A stretch of 64,000 nucleotides of DNA from an uncultured Spirochaetota bacterium (GCA_963820525.1 CAWGAA010000001.1:1376001-1440000); one strand, 5' to 3'. Counted from the stretch's first letter, positions 10,505-20,429 are shown. The notes: generated by a model from the letters alone, not told the origin. Numbers and translations: made by a program.

Positions 10505-11473
10505 CTACTTCTTCAATATCGGCCCCAGCACTTCTATCACTTTCTTCTTGATCGGCTCCAGGGAGCCGGTCATGTCGCAGCCCGCGGCCTGGCGATGTCC
10601 GCCGCCGCCAAAAGAGACCGCTACGGCGCCCACGTCCACGGTGCGGTTGGAGCGGAATCCTACGGAGAAACGCCCTTCGAATTCTTCCTTTATAAAGACC
10701 ACTACTTCGTTTCCCTTTACAGTCTGGAGGAGCCTGTAAAGCTCGTCCTCGCCGCGGAGGTAGCCCGCCATCCGCGCGCGGTCATCCATGGTCTGCCAGG
10801 TCAAAAGCAGCCTGTCCCCCCAGTAGCTTTCCGTGCGCTGGAGCATGAGGGCCAGGAGCTTGCGCGAGTGGAGGTCTCGCTTGCCGTAGACCATCTGGAA
10901 GATCTCTGCGGTGGAAGTGCCGGCCTCCACAAGGCGGGCAATCGTTCGAAAGGTTTCGCCCGTTCCCGGGCCGAGGTGGCGGAAGAAGCCGGTATCGGTG
11001 CACAGGCCGAAAAGAATCAGCCTGGCCTGTTCCGCAGATGGTGTCAGGCCGAAAGCGTCTGACAGGGCAAGCACGAGGAGCGTGGTCGCTGGGCAAGAGA
11101 TTACGACAAACCGGACGCTGCCAAAAGCCTCGCCCGAGGAGTGATGATCGATAACGAGCGTGGGCAGCCCTTGCACGCGTGCACCCACGCTGCCGGTGCG
11201 GTCCGCAGTGGAGCAGTCAAGGACCACGACGGCAGGATTTCCCTCCAGGTCGGAGGCGCGCACCTCGGAAGCAAACAGCCCCTCGAACTGGGAGATCTCC
11301 GGCCTATCGAAGGGGCCAACGGAGAAGAGGCGGTACTGCTTGCCCAGCGAATCGAGCAGCTCCCCGAACGCGATTTGGGAGGCGATGCAGTCGCCATCCG
11401 GCTCCTTATGCCCCAGGATGAGAAAGCGGGAATGGGAAGCGATGAAGTCGATTACGTCGTGAGGTACTTGCAT
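10505..11473 (-). CDS. nrnA: DHH/DHHA1 oligoribonuclease/PAP phosphatase
   Basis: GHKEPDGDC, IDHH, TDTGFF, GGGGHRQAAG. Confidence 0.9.
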   Translation of the reverse strand: MQVPHDVIDFIASHSRFLILGHKEPDGDCIASQIAFGELLDSLGKQYRLFSVGPFDRPEISQFEGLFASEVRASDLEGNPAVVVLDCSTADRTGSVGARVQGLPTLVIDHHSSGEAFGSVRFVVISCPATTLLVLALSDAFGLTPSAEQARLILFGLCTDTGFFRHLGPGTGETFRTIARLVEAGTSTAEIFQMVYGKRDLHSRKLLALMLQRTESYWGDRLLLTWQTMDDRARMAGYLRGEDELYRLLQTVKGNEVVVFIKEEFEGRFSVGFRSNRTVDVGAVAVSFGGGGHRQAAGCDMTGSLEPIKKKVIEVLGPILKK

Positions 11474-11478
11474 GGGAA

Positions 11479-12648
11479 TCAATCCAGGAGGAGGAGACGC
11501 CTCTGCCGCTCTCCTCCCGAAACCGTCAGCTTTCCATCGTGGATATACCCGTCGATCTCGCTTCGCATGCCGAAATCTTCCAGGTATATTCCCGGCTCGA
11601 TGGAGAAGCACGCGCCTTCACGAAGCGTGCGCTCATCGGGGAACTCCACGGAGTCGAGGTTGACCCCGAAGCCGTGCACGCGCCCCCCGATGGAGTGGCC
11701 TGTGCGATGTCGAATCCCCCGCGCGTACCCCGCATCGACGAGCTTCGCGCGCGCCGCCCGATCTACGTCGGCGCCGCTCAAGAGCTTGCCGGTACCCAGG
11801 CTCCCGCTGATGAGGTCCACCGCTGCCTCGCGGGCTTCCGCAACGGCGTCGAACGCTCGTTTGTATTCCGGCTTCGCCTCGCCATCCAGCACTCCAATCC
11901 AGGAGATATCGCCAAAGATGGAGCCCTCGACGCGCTCTTTCGCCCATATATCGAGCTGTATTACCAGCCCCCTCTCCAGAAGCGCACCGTCGCCGCGCGG
12001 CGAATAGTGCGGGTCGGCGCTCCCTGCGCCCGCTGCCACGATGGGAGGCTCGTCGCATTCAAGGCCGCGCTCAGAAATGAGGGCCTGCATCCACCCCTGG
12101 ACCTCGGCCTCGTGGAGGTGTTTCCCGGACGTCACTGCTTTCGCAATGCGCACCCAGACTATTCTCACGATATCGTAGAGCGTTTTTGCCGCCTTCTGGT
12201 GAGAGGCAATGCCGCGCTCGTCGATTGTCCCCAGGCAGCGTGCGAGGAGATTCTCCGATGATACCAGGCGGGCCCCGCCGCGTTCGAGAAGCATCGCCGT
12301 GCCATGATCGAGAAAGGAGCTCACGGGGAAGCGCGTGGAGAATTGGGCCGCCACGGGAGCGTTCCTCGGGAGGGCGTTTTCCAGGGCGCGTATAAACTCT
12401 TCGCGCGCGGAGTAAGCGGAGGACCTGCCGGGGACCTGGTCGAGGATGCCCGGCTCGATGGCATGGACCAGCTTGAAGGGGGGAAGATCGGGAAAGACCA
12501 CGCATGCCCAGGGCCTGGTATTGATGTGCCCCCTGGGCACCTGGAGGATCAAGTCCGAGATTTCGTCCCTGTGGAACACGTTATAAAAAAGCCACCCGCC
12601 GAGGTTCTCCTCGCGGATGGCCTTCTGTGCTGCATGAAGATCGATCAT
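11479..12648 (-). CDS. M24 Xaa-Pro aminopeptidase family (metal ligands intact)
   Basis: LDIWAK..GDISW, HRTGHSIG, SIEPG, RSE. Confidence 0.85.
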   Translation of the reverse strand: MIDLHAAQKAIREENLGGWLFYNVFHRDEISDLILQVPRGHINTRPWACVVFPDLPPFKLVHAIEPGILDQVPGRSSAYSAREEFIRALENALPRNAPVAAQFSTRFPVSSFLDHGTAMLLERGGARLVSSENLLARCLGTIDERGIASHQKAAKTLYDIVRIVWVRIAKAVTSGKHLHEAEVQGWMQALISERGLECDEPPIVAAGAGSADPHYSPRGDGALLERGLVIQLDIWAKERVEGSIFGDISWIGVLDGEAKPEYKRAFDAVAEAREAAVDLISGSLGTGKLLSGADVDRAARAKLVDAGYARGIRHRTGHSIGGRVHGFGVNLDSVEFPDERTLREGACFSIEPGIYLEDFGMRSEIDGYIHDGKLTVSGGERQRRLLLLD

Positions 12649-12654
12649 CAGCCG

Positions 12655-13065
12655 TTAAAAACTCAGCTTCGGTTCCTCAATGCTGAACTGCGAGGTCAGG
12701 TCTTCAGAGGTATTGAGCTCACCCCATATAGTGTTCTGCATGTTTGCGGGCACGTGCAGGACGATATGGTCGAATTTCCCATCCACCCAGAAGATGGAGA
12801 AATAGGACAGGGCGCCGTACTGGTCCCAGATGATCATGCCCTTTCCGGCCGCCTTTCCGAACCAGGTGAGGGGAAGGTAAATGGACCCTACCTCGAGGTT
12901 GCTCTTGACGTAGACAACCTTGTAGCCGAGCGCGTGGGTGTACACCTTCACGATGGGAACCGTCTTCACGAAGACGTCCGAGGGACTCGTGGACTGCGAC
13001 TGGGCGAAAGAGGAGATGGATACCAGGAATATCAGCCCTACCAGAATGAGAAGGGTCTTCTTCAT
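12655..13065 (-). CDS. Exported hypothetical protein (spirochete-like)
   Basis: Signal peptide MKKTLLILVGLIFLVSISSFA; ORF lies within the operon. Confidence 0.75.
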   Translation of the reverse strand: MKKTLLILVGLIFLVSISSFAQSQSTSPSDVFVKTVPIVKVYTHALGYKVVYVKSNLEVGSIYLPLTWFGKAAGKGMIIWDQYGALSYFSIFWVDGKFDHIVLHVPANMQNTIWGELNTSEDLTSQFSIEEPKLSF

Positions 13066-13128
13066 TTCCCGCGGCCTCCTGACCTGTATCAAGCTATATA
13101 ATAGTTGTTTTCGCGCTGCTTTCAAGCA

Positions 13129-14070
13129 TTAAATCAGCGTGGCCATCATGAGGGCCTTGATCGTGTGCTTGCGGTTCTCGGCCTGGTCCCAGACCCGCGA
13201 TCGCGGCCCCTCGATCACCTCAGCGGTGACCTCGTTGCCCTTCACGGCGGGCAGGCAGTGGAGGAAGATGGAATCCCCTCGTCCCGTCTTCTCCATGACA
13301 TCAGGAGTCACCCGATACGGGGTCAGCAGGCGGACTCGCTCGGCGCTCTTGGCTTCCTCTCCCATGGAGACCCAGACGTCGGTGTATATCGCGTCCGCGC
13401 CCTTCACCCCCTCCGCAACATCGCTTGTAACCAGAAGCTCGGCGCCCGTCTTCCTGCCTTCCTCCCGCCCGTAGGCCACCAGGTCTGCAGCCGGCGCGAG
13501 CTCGGGGGGAGCCACGATGGAATAGTGCACGCCCATCTTGGCGCAGCCCACGATCAGCGTGTTGGACACGTTGTTCCTGCCGTCTCCGACATAGGCAAGC
13601 CGCTTTCCGCGCAGGGGGCCAAAGGCCTCCTCCAGAGTCATGAGGTCTGCAAGGGCCTGGGTGGGGTGCCAATCGTCGGTGAGGCCGTTGTACACGGGAA
13701 TGCCGGACCATTTGGCGAGGGTTTCAACGGTATCCTGCTTGAAGCCCCGGAACTGGATGGCGTCGAACATGCGGCCAAGAACGCGCGCGGTATCCTCTAT
13801 GGCCTCCTTGGAGCCGAGGTGGATGTCGGTGGTGGAGAGGAACACGGGGTGGCCGCCCTCTTCGCCGAAGGCAGTCTCAAAGGCGCAGCGGGTTCGTGTG
13901 GAGCGCTTTTCGAACAGAAGGGCCAGTGACTTTCCCTGGAACCTCCGGCCTACTCTGCCTCCCTTCTTCTCCCGCTTCAGCCTGTGGGAAAGCTCAAGCG
14001 TGTAGCGGATCTCCTCCGGGGTGAAATCCTTGAGCGTGAGCAGGCTCCTTCCTTTCAGATTCACTGCCAT
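13129..14070 (-). CDS. argF: Ornithine carbamoyltransferase (probably catabolic, ArcB role)
   Basis: FEKRSTRTR, HPTQ, YTDVWVSMG, FLHCLP, QAENR. Confidence 0.95.
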   Translation of the reverse strand: MAVNLKGRSLLTLKDFTPEEIRYTLELSHRLKREKKGGRVGRRFQGKSLALLFEKRSTRTRCAFETAFGEEGGHPVFLSTTDIHLGSKEAIEDTARVLGRMFDAIQFRGFKQDTVETLAKWSGIPVYNGLTDDWHPTQALADLMTLEEAFGPLRGKRLAYVGDGRNNVSNTLIVGCAKMGVHYSIVAPPELAPAADLVAYGREEGRKTGAELLVTSDVAEGVKGADAIYTDVWVSMGEEAKSAERVRLLTPYRVTPDVMEKTGRGDSIFLHCLPAVKGNEVTAEVIEGPRSRVWDQAENRKHTIKALMMATLI

Positions 14071-14095
14071 GTCCTTCTCCTTGTCCTTGAGGCGT

Positions 14096-15433
14096 TTATC
14101 GAGAGGGCGTATTCAGGGAGGATAGCTTGTCTTTGATGATGTCTTCAAGGTCCGGCTTGCCGATCTCCTGAAGCTCGTAGCTGACACGAAGCATCGGCTT
14201 GTCGATTCTCACGATCCGCCTCAGGTCCACCGGTGTGGCAATGATCACGATGTCGCAGGGAACGCGGCGGATGGTTCTCTCCAGATCCCGCACCTGCTCA
14301 TCCCCATATCCCACCGCGGGAAGCAGGGGGCCGATTCCGGGGTAGCGGGAAAAGATCTCCGCGATCTTTCCCTGGGCGAAGGGCCTCGGGTTGACTATCT
14401 CGGCGGCGCCGAACTTGCGCGCGGTGACCATTCCTGCCCCGTACTGCATCTCCCCATGGGTGAGCGTGGGGCCGTCCTCCACAACGAGCACGCGCTTTCC
14501 CCTTATGGCATCCCCGCCTTCCACGGAGATGGGGCTGGCAGCGTCGACCACGATGGCGCGAGGGTTCACGGCGCGGATGCTGGATCGCACCTTCTCGATG
14601 TCCTCGGGCTCCGCCGTATCAACCTTGTTGATCACCACGACATCGGCAAGCATCAGGTTGATCCTGCCCGGGAAATAGGTGAGCTCATGGCCGGGCCTGT
14701 GAGGGTCCGCCACGGTGATATGGATGTCCGGCCTATAAAAAGGAAGATCGTTGTTGCCGCCGTCCCACAGGATCACGTCGCCTTCAGCCTGGGCCTGGGC
14801 AAGGATCTGGGCGTAGTCCACCCCCGCGTACACGACGAAACCTTCATTTATATGCGGCTCATACTCCTCCATCTCCTCGATGGTGCATCGGTGGCGCTTC
14901 ATGTCCTCCATGGTCCGGAACCTCTGGACCGCCTGGGATACGAGGTCACCGTAGGGCATGGGATGGCGGACGATGACGGGCTTCTTCCCCAGGGATTTGA
15001 GGGCGCGCGCCACACGGCGGGTCGTCTGGCTCTTGCCGCTTCCCGTTCGAACGGCGCAAACGGCGATCACGGGAACCGCCGCTTCCAGCATCGTCTCCAT
15101 GGCGCCCAGGAGGATGAAGCTCGCCCCCAGCGCAACCACGCGCGACGCTTGCTCCATCACGTGCTGGTGCGACACATCGGAGTAGGAGAAGATCACTTCG
15201 TCGATGCTCTCGGTCTTGAGAAGCTCCTCCAGTCTCTCCTCCCCCACGATGGGGATGCCCTGCGGATACAGGGGGCCCGAAAGCTGCGGGGGGTATCTCC
15301 TCCCCGCGATGTCGGGTATCTGGGTTGCGGTGAACGCCACGACCCGCGAGCCTTCGTCTCCTCTATAGACGAGATTGAAGTTGTGAAAATCGCGCCCCGC
15401 GGCGCCCATTATGACGATGGTCTTTCGTTTCAT
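14096..15433 (-). CDS. arcE: Arginine synthetase ArcE-like (cyclic 2,3-diphosphoglycerate synthetase-like P-loop family)
   Basis: GAAGRDFHNFN, VAFTATQIPDI, AVRTGSGKSQT, RHPMPYGDL, CTIEEMEEYEP, WDGGNND, VEDGPTLTHG; immediately upstream of OTCase. Confidence 0.8.
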   Translation of the reverse strand: MKRKTIVIMGAAGRDFHNFNLVYRGDEGSRVVAFTATQIPDIAGRRYPPQLSGPLYPQGIPIVGEERLEELLKTESIDEVIFSYSDVSHQHVMEQASRVVALGASFILLGAMETMLEAAVPVIAVCAVRTGSGKSQTTRRVARALKSLGKKPVIVRHPMPYGDLVSQAVQRFRTMEDMKRHRCTIEEMEEYEPHINEGFVVYAGVDYAQILAQAQAEGDVILWDGGNNDLPFYRPDIHITVADPHRPGHELTYFPGRINLMLADVVVINKVDTAEPEDIEKVRSSIRAVNPRAIVVDAASPISVEGGDAIRGKRVLVVEDGPTLTHGEMQYGAGMVTARKFGAAEIVNPRPFAQGKIAEIFSRYPGIGPLLPAVGYGDEQVRDLERTIRRVPCDIVIIATPVDLRRIVRIDKPMLRVSYELQEIGKPDLEDIIKDKLSSLNTPSR

Positions 15434-15496
15434 AGAATCCCTTTGGAAACGATTCGCCGAGGGCCTGTTTCCGGCAGGAAGCCGGCCGGGCCCGGA

Positions 15497-16309
15497 CTAC
15501 GAGCCGCTCTCAGCCTCGCCCCCGTCGCAGCAGCTGTCGTACACGATCAGCTTGCCGCCGTTTCCGGCCTGAACCTTCACGTGGCCGCCGAACGTGGCAA
15601 GAAGGAGCTCCGGGGTGAGCATTTCCGCCTTGCCCCCAAAGCCGATCAGCTTCCGATTCAGGAGCATGATGCGGGAAAAGCGCTCCGATGCGGTCTCCAG
15701 GTCGTGGGTGGAGACGAGGACCGTTATGCCGCGGGACACGAGGCTTCGAAGGATAGCGAAGATGTCGTTCTGGCTCTTCACGTCCAATCCCGTGAACGGC
15801 TCATCCAGAAGGACGATCTCCGCCTCCTGGGCGATAGCCCTTGCGAGAAACACCCTCTGCCGCTGCCCGCCGGAGAGCATTCCGATCTGTCGGTCCGCCA
15901 GGTCTGTCATATCTACCATTGAAAGGCACTGGCGCACGAGGTTTTTATCCTTGCGCTTTGGCTGGCGGAAGAGCCCGATCTTGCCCGTGCGGCCCATCAT
16001 GACAACGTCGAACACGGTGACGGGGAAGCTCCAGTCCACGCTGGTAGCCTGCGGCACATAGGCGATGCAGATGTGGCCCACCGGCTCGCTTCCGTACACG
16101 GTGATGGTGCCGGACTGGTAGGCCAGGACGCCAGACACGGCGCGAAAGAGCGTGCTCTTGCCGGCCCCGTTCGGCCCCACCACGGCCACCGAGTCTCCCC
16201 TTTGGAGCGAGAAGGAGACCCCGTCGATGACCTTCACGCTTCCCAGAAAAACCGTGAGGCCTGAAACATCGAGCACTGGCTGTGTGGTATCGTGCCGATC
16301 AAAGCTCAT
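15497..16309 (-). CDS. Zn/Mn ABC transporter ATP-binding subunit
   Basis: GPNGAGKST, YVPQ..VDWSFPVTV, LSGGQRQR, LLDEPF, STHDL. Confidence 0.9.
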   Translation of the reverse strand: MSFDRHDTTQPVLDVSGLTVFLGSVKVIDGVSFSLQRGDSVAVVGPNGAGKSTLFRAVSGVLAYQSGTITVYGSEPVGHICIAYVPQATSVDWSFPVTVFDVVMMGRTGKIGLFRQPKRKDKNLVRQCLSMVDMTDLADRQIGMLSGGQRQRVFLARAIAQEAEIVLLDEPFTGLDVKSQNDIFAILRSLVSRGITVLVSTHDLETASERFSRIMLLNRKLIGFGGKAEMLTPELLLATFGGHVKVQAGNGGKLIVYDSCCDGGEAESGS

Positions 16310-16541
16310 TTTACATAATCTACCGCCCAGACGAGGCCGTTGCAAGCGAAAGGGCCGATAGCGTGGCCGCCGGTCATTAGGGTTCTCATGACTACGCACG
16401 GCCGCTCGAGATAGTCAGACTTCAAAGCTCGCCGCCCGGCCGGCAGCTCAAGCGCATGGCGCCAAGCTAGGGGGCCCGGCGCTCGCAGGCTCGCCGTCCT
16501 GTCGCCGCCAAACCCAGTAGACCTCAAAAGACTGCCGATTC

Positions 16542-16570
16542 TTGACAGTTTTTTCACCGTTGGCTATAGT
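16542..16570 (+). promoter_or_regulatory. Sigma70 promoter of tRNA-Leu
   Basis: TTGACA-17 bp-TATAGT, 10 bp before the tRNA. Confidence 0.8.
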
Positions 16571-16580
16571 CAAACTTCCC

Positions 16581-16665
16581 GCTGCGGTGGTGGAATTTGG
16601 TAGACACGCTAGCTTGAGGGGCTAGTGCCCGAAAGGGTGTGCTGGTTCAAGTCCAGTCCGCAGCA
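16581..16665 (+). tRNA. tRNA-Leu(GAG)
   Basis: GCTGCGG/CCGCAGC acceptor stem, CTAGC-TTGAGGG-GCTAG anticodon arm, long variable arm, GGTTCAAGTCC; CCA not encoded. Confidence 0.97.
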
Positions 16666-16771
16666 AAACAAGTTATTTCTTAATAAGGAATTGCCGACTG
16701 TCCCTTAAAGTTATCGCAATCCGATTTTCCCAGCTGTTCTTTGCCGTTCATTCTCAGGATATACTCGGCCC

Positions 16772-17536
16772 ATGTTGACGCCCGCCCAGCGGTTCCTCGA
16801 CGCACTCTCCCAGTGGTTCCTGCCGGGAGCGGTGTACACGTTCGTCGGGGCCGGCGGAAAAACAACGGCCATGAAGCGGGTTGCGGCCTTCGTTGCGGAG
16901 ACCGGCGTGAAAGCCAGGCTGACGACGACGACGAAGGTCGGCATCGATGAACTCAACGACATTCCCGTGTCCCTGGTTCGCGGGCCCGAGGACCTGTCGC
17001 ACGCCCTCGTGGACGATGCTCCGGTGAGGCTTCTCGTCGGGGGTGTGATGCCCGACCAGGGAAAGTATGTGGGCCTCGACCCGCGCTTGATCGAGGACAT
17101 TTCTTTGAGCGTGGATACGGTGCTGCTGGTGGAAGGAGATGGGTCGAAAAGGCGTCCCATGAAGGTGCCCGAGAGCCGCGAGCCCGTCATTCCGGCCAAC
17201 ACCTCCACCGTGTTCGCGCTCATGGGCGCGGGCGCCTTCGACGAACCGATCGACGAAGTGCACTGCTACAACCACCAGAAGGCGCTGGTCCTGGTGGGAA
17301 GGACCGGCAGCTTCTTCGAGCCGCGGGTGATCGCCGCTCTTTCCGCGGACCCGGAGGGATGCTGCAAGGGAGTTCTGTCAGGGATGGCGTTCAGGCTTCT
17401 CATGAACCAGGGAGATCTCAAGCAGAAGCGCAAGTCAGCCGTCGAGGCGCTCAAGCTGGCGAGAGAGAGCTACGGGATCAAGGGAGCACTGGTATCTTTC
17501 CAGAAGGGGGTGCTGTACGACACGACAGATGACTGA
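16772..17536 (+). CDS. yqeC: Selenium cofactor biosynthesis protein YqeC
   Basis: VGAGGKTT, TTTTK, LVEGDGSKRRPMK..EPVIP. Confidence 0.85.
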   Translation: MLTPAQRFLDALSQWFLPGAVYTFVGAGGKTTAMKRVAAFVAETGVKARLTTTTKVGIDELNDIPVSLVRGPEDLSHALVDDAPVRLLVGGVMPDQGKYVGLDPRLIEDISLSVDTVLLVEGDGSKRRPMKVPESREPVIPANTSTVFALMGAGAFDEPIDEVHCYNHQKALVLVGRTGSFFEPRVIAALSADPEGCCKGVLSGMAFRLLMNQGDLKQKRKSAVEALKLARESYGIKGALVSFQKGVLYDTTDD

Positions 17537-18350
17537 CGGTGGACCCTTGGCCGTCGTGAAGGGCGCCGGTGACCTCGCCACCGGGGTGGCACTCTCCTTG
17601 CGGGCGGCAGGTTTCCGCGTGATCATGACAGAGCTGCCCCATCCTACCGCCATAAGGCTTACCGTCTCATTCGCTGAAGCGGTCTATGCCGGCAGCCATG
17701 ACGTGGAGGGAGTGCGTGCAGAGCTTGCCACGATGGAGAGCTGGCCGTCGGTCTTGGAAGCGGGCAACGTGGCGGTGCTCGTGGACCCTCGTGGTGCAGT
17801 ATTGGAGCGCGCTGGCGCCGCGGTGATCGTCGATGCGATCATGGCCAAGTCCAACACGGGAACGACAAGGAAGGACGGCCCTGTTGTCATCGCCCTTGGC
17901 CCCGGCTTCACGGCGGGCAGGGACGTCGATGCTGTGATCGAGACCATGAGGGGCCACGAGCTGGGGCGAATCATTCGCGAGGGATGCGCACGTCAGGACA
18001 CGGGCATCCCCGGAGAAATCGGCGGCAAGACGTCTGAGCGGGTCCTGAGGGCGCCACGGGATGGACGCGTGACTCACAACAAGCGCATCGGGGACACGGT
18101 GGCGCAGGGTGAAGCCGTGATGCATGTGGAAGACGAGCCGGTCAGCGCGCCGTTCAACGGCTGCCTGCGTGGAATGATTAATGACAGAGTTTTTGTGCAT
18201 ATGGGCATGAAGATCGGGGACGTGGACCCTCGCGTGGATGCGCGCTACGTGCACACGCTCTCTGACAAGGCGCGGGCGGTCGGAAGGGGCGCGTTGGAAG
18301 CGGCGCTCTTGATCGGCCGGGAGCGCGGCGTACTGCGAGTGCTCAGGTAA
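17529..18350 (+). CDS. yqeB: Selenium-dependent molybdenum hydroxylase system protein YqeB (EF2563 family)
   Basis: KGAGDLATG, VDAIMAKSN, LGPGFTAG, ETMRGHELG, KIGDVDPR, SDKARAVG. Confidence 0.93.
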   Translation: MTDGGPLAVVKGAGDLATGVALSLRAAGFRVIMTELPHPTAIRLTVSFAEAVYAGSHDVEGVRAELATMESWPSVLEAGNVAVLVDPRGAVLERAGAAVIVDAIMAKSNTGTTRKDGPVVIALGPGFTAGRDVDAVIETMRGHELGRIIREGCARQDTGIPGEIGGKTSERVLRAPRDGRVTHNKRIGDTVAQGEAVMHVEDEPVSAPFNGCLRGMINDRVFVHMGMKIGDVDPRVDARYVHTLSDKARAVGRGALEAALLIGRERGVLRVLR

Positions 18351-19368
18351 GCTCGATCAGCCCAGCACCTGGCAAGGTCTCCCCGATGATCGTGGCTGGC
18401 ACTCCGGCCTGCCTGAGAGCTGCCACGGCGGACTCTGCCTTCGCGGCCCTCACCGCCGCGAGCAGGCCTCCCGATGTCTGCGGGTCGAAGAGGATGTTCA
18501 CCAGGTCCTCGTCCGCGGTCTTCTTTCCCGTGATGAACTTCAGGCGGAAGCTCTTGTTCCGCTTCGTGCCGCCCGGAACCGTCTTCATGAGCGCGTAGTC
18601 GCCGGCGGAGGGAAGGAGAGGCACCGCGCTCGAGTCAATCCTGATGTTGCAGGAAGAGCCGGATGCCATCTCGCAGGTGTGCCCCAGCAGGCCGAAGCCC
18701 GTGACGTCGGTGCACGCGCTGACGGGGAATCTCCGAAGCACTTCGCACGCCTTGCGGTTGAGGGCGCTCATGCTCTCACATGCCGCGGCCAGCGCTTCTC
18801 CTGATGCCTTGCCCGCCTTGGCCGCCGTGGTGATGAGCCCCGTGCCGATCGGCTTGGTGAGGATGATCCTCTCGCCCCCCTTGATCGCGTTGTTCAGCCA
18901 GACCTTTGCGGGATGAACGATACCGGTGACCGCATAGCCGAGCTTCGGCTCAGCGTCATCGATGCTGTGCCCGCCGACGAGGGGGCAGTCTGCGTCGTCC
19001 AGCGCAGAGAGGCCGCCTTCCATCATCTTTACCAGGATGGCCATGTCCAGGGTCTCGACGGGAAAGCCCACGAGGCAGACGGCCGTGCTTGGGCTGCCGC
19101 CCATGGCGTACACGTCGGAAAGGGCGTTCGCCGCCGCGATCCGTCCAAAGGTGAAAGGGTCGTCCACGATCGGCGGGAAGAAGTCCACCGTGTGCACCAG
19201 CGCGCGCTCATCATCGAGGCGCAGAACCCCCGCGTCCTCGCTTCGTCTGAAGTCGGCGATGAGCTGGGGGTATGTGCGCTGAGAGAGGCCGCATAGTGCC
19301 TGGTCCAGGACGCCCGGCCCCAGCTTTGCCCCGCAACCGGCGAATCGAGAATACGATGTCAGACCCAT
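18343..19368 (-). CDS. selD: Selenophosphate synthetase (Cys type)
   Basis: AGCGAKL, TVDFFPPIVDDP, AANALSDVYAMG, GGHSI, TDVTGFGLLGH, DPQTSGGLL. Confidence 0.95.
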   Translation of the reverse strand: MGLTSYSRFAGCGAKLGPGVLDQALCGLSQRTYPQLIADFRRSEDAGVLRLDDERALVHTVDFFPPIVDDPFTFGRIAAANALSDVYAMGGSPSTAVCLVGFPVETLDMAILVKMMEGGLSALDDADCPLVGGHSIDDAEPKLGYAVTGIVHPAKVWLNNAIKGGERIILTKPIGTGLITTAAKAGKASGEALAAACESMSALNRKACEVLRRFPVSACTDVTGFGLLGHTCEMASGSSCNIRIDSSAVPLLPSAGDYALMKTVPGGTKRNKSFRLKFITGKKTADEDLVNILFDPQTSGGLLAAVRAAKAESAVAALRQAGVPATIIGETLPGAGLIELT

Positions 19369-19382
19369 CCTTTTGCCTCGAT

Positions 19383-20429
19383 CTATCGTTTCGACTTGGC
19401 GGGCCCCGGCACACCCCCAAGCCCGGCGTTCCGACGGACGGCCACGATCTCCCCGAGAATCGAAACAGCGATCTCAGCGGGAGTCTCGGCCGCGATGTCC
19501 AGCCCGATCGGCGCATGCAAGGCATCGACACGCGCCTTGTCGAAGCCGTCGCTAGCGGCCTGGGCACGGAGGAGCTTCGCCTTGCGCGCGCTGCCGATGA
19601 AGCCCGCGTAGCGATATGTCCTTGCCAGCACGCCGCGGATGCACTCCAGGTCGAAGAGGTGTCCCCGCGTGACGATGACGGTATAGGTGGCAGAGTCGAA
19701 GGGAAATGCCTTGATTGCATCGGTATAGCCGGCACAGACGGTCCTCACCGCGGGCGGAAATCGGCCCGGAGCGGCGAAATCCTGCCGGTCGTCCACCACC
19801 GTCACCTCGAAGTCGAGCCCTGCGGCAATCGCGGCGAGGGCCTGCCCCACGTGCCCGCCGCCGAGGATGAGGAGCTTCTCCTGGGGGAAGACCGGATCGT
19901 AGAAAAGCCCGTTCTCCTCCGAGAGCAGCGGCCTTCCAGTGGCCATGCAGAACGCCGCGGCTTGCTGATCGAGCTCGAATCCGCATGGCGGCGGGCCCGA
20001 TTCCTCCAGCACCGCCATGGACACGACGCCGGCGGCCCCTCCCGCCATGCCCTCCAGCTTCTTCACCAATACAGTACGGCGGCCGGCCTCCAGGGCCTGG
20101 TAGGCCGAGCTATAGGGCATGATATCGGGGACGTACTCCACGAGCATGGTGCCCGTGCCGCCGCACACCATGTTCGGACCCTCCGCCTCGACGCCCTGCA
20201 TCTCCACCGTGATGGTCCGGGAGCACTTTTCCTCGATGCTGCGCAACGCGGCATCGAGAGCCATGGCCTCGCCTCTGCCGCCGCCCACCGTTCCGACGAT
20301 CTCTCCCGTCCGCCGTACGAGCATCTTGGACCCCGCGTGGCGCGGGACCGAGCCCTGGGTGCCGATCACCGTGACAAGGGCGACTCCACCGCCGCTTCCG
20401 GCCGCTGCCCTGATGACCTCCACGCTCAT
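19383..20429 (-). CDS. xdhC: XdhC/CoxI Moco-insertion chaperone
   Basis: GSVPRHAGSKM, GTVGGG, MVCGG, GGGHVG, VTRGH, APIGLDIAAETPAEIAVSI. Confidence 0.9.
   Translation of the reverse strand: MSVEVIRAAAGSGGGVALVTVIGTQGSVPRHAGSKMLVRRTGEIVGTVGGGRGEAMALDAALRSIEEKCSRTITVEMQGVEAEGPNMVCGGTGTMLVEYVPDIMPYSSAYQALEAGRRTVLVKKLEGMAGGAAGVVSMAVLEESGPPPCGFELDQQAAAFCMATGRPLLSEENGLFYDPVFPQEKLLILGGGHVGQALAAIAAGLDFEVTVVDDRQDFAAPGRFPPAVRTVCAGYTDAIKAFPFDSATYTVIVTRGHLFDLECIRGVLARTYRYAGFIGSARKAKLLRAQAASDGFDKARVDALHAPIGLDIAAETPAEIAVSILGEIVAVRRNAGLGGVPGPAKSKR

Noticed and set aside
19333..19335. Selenocysteine in SelD
   Set aside because: The catalytic codon is TGC (Cys), and no in-frame TGA selenoprotein was recognised in the window
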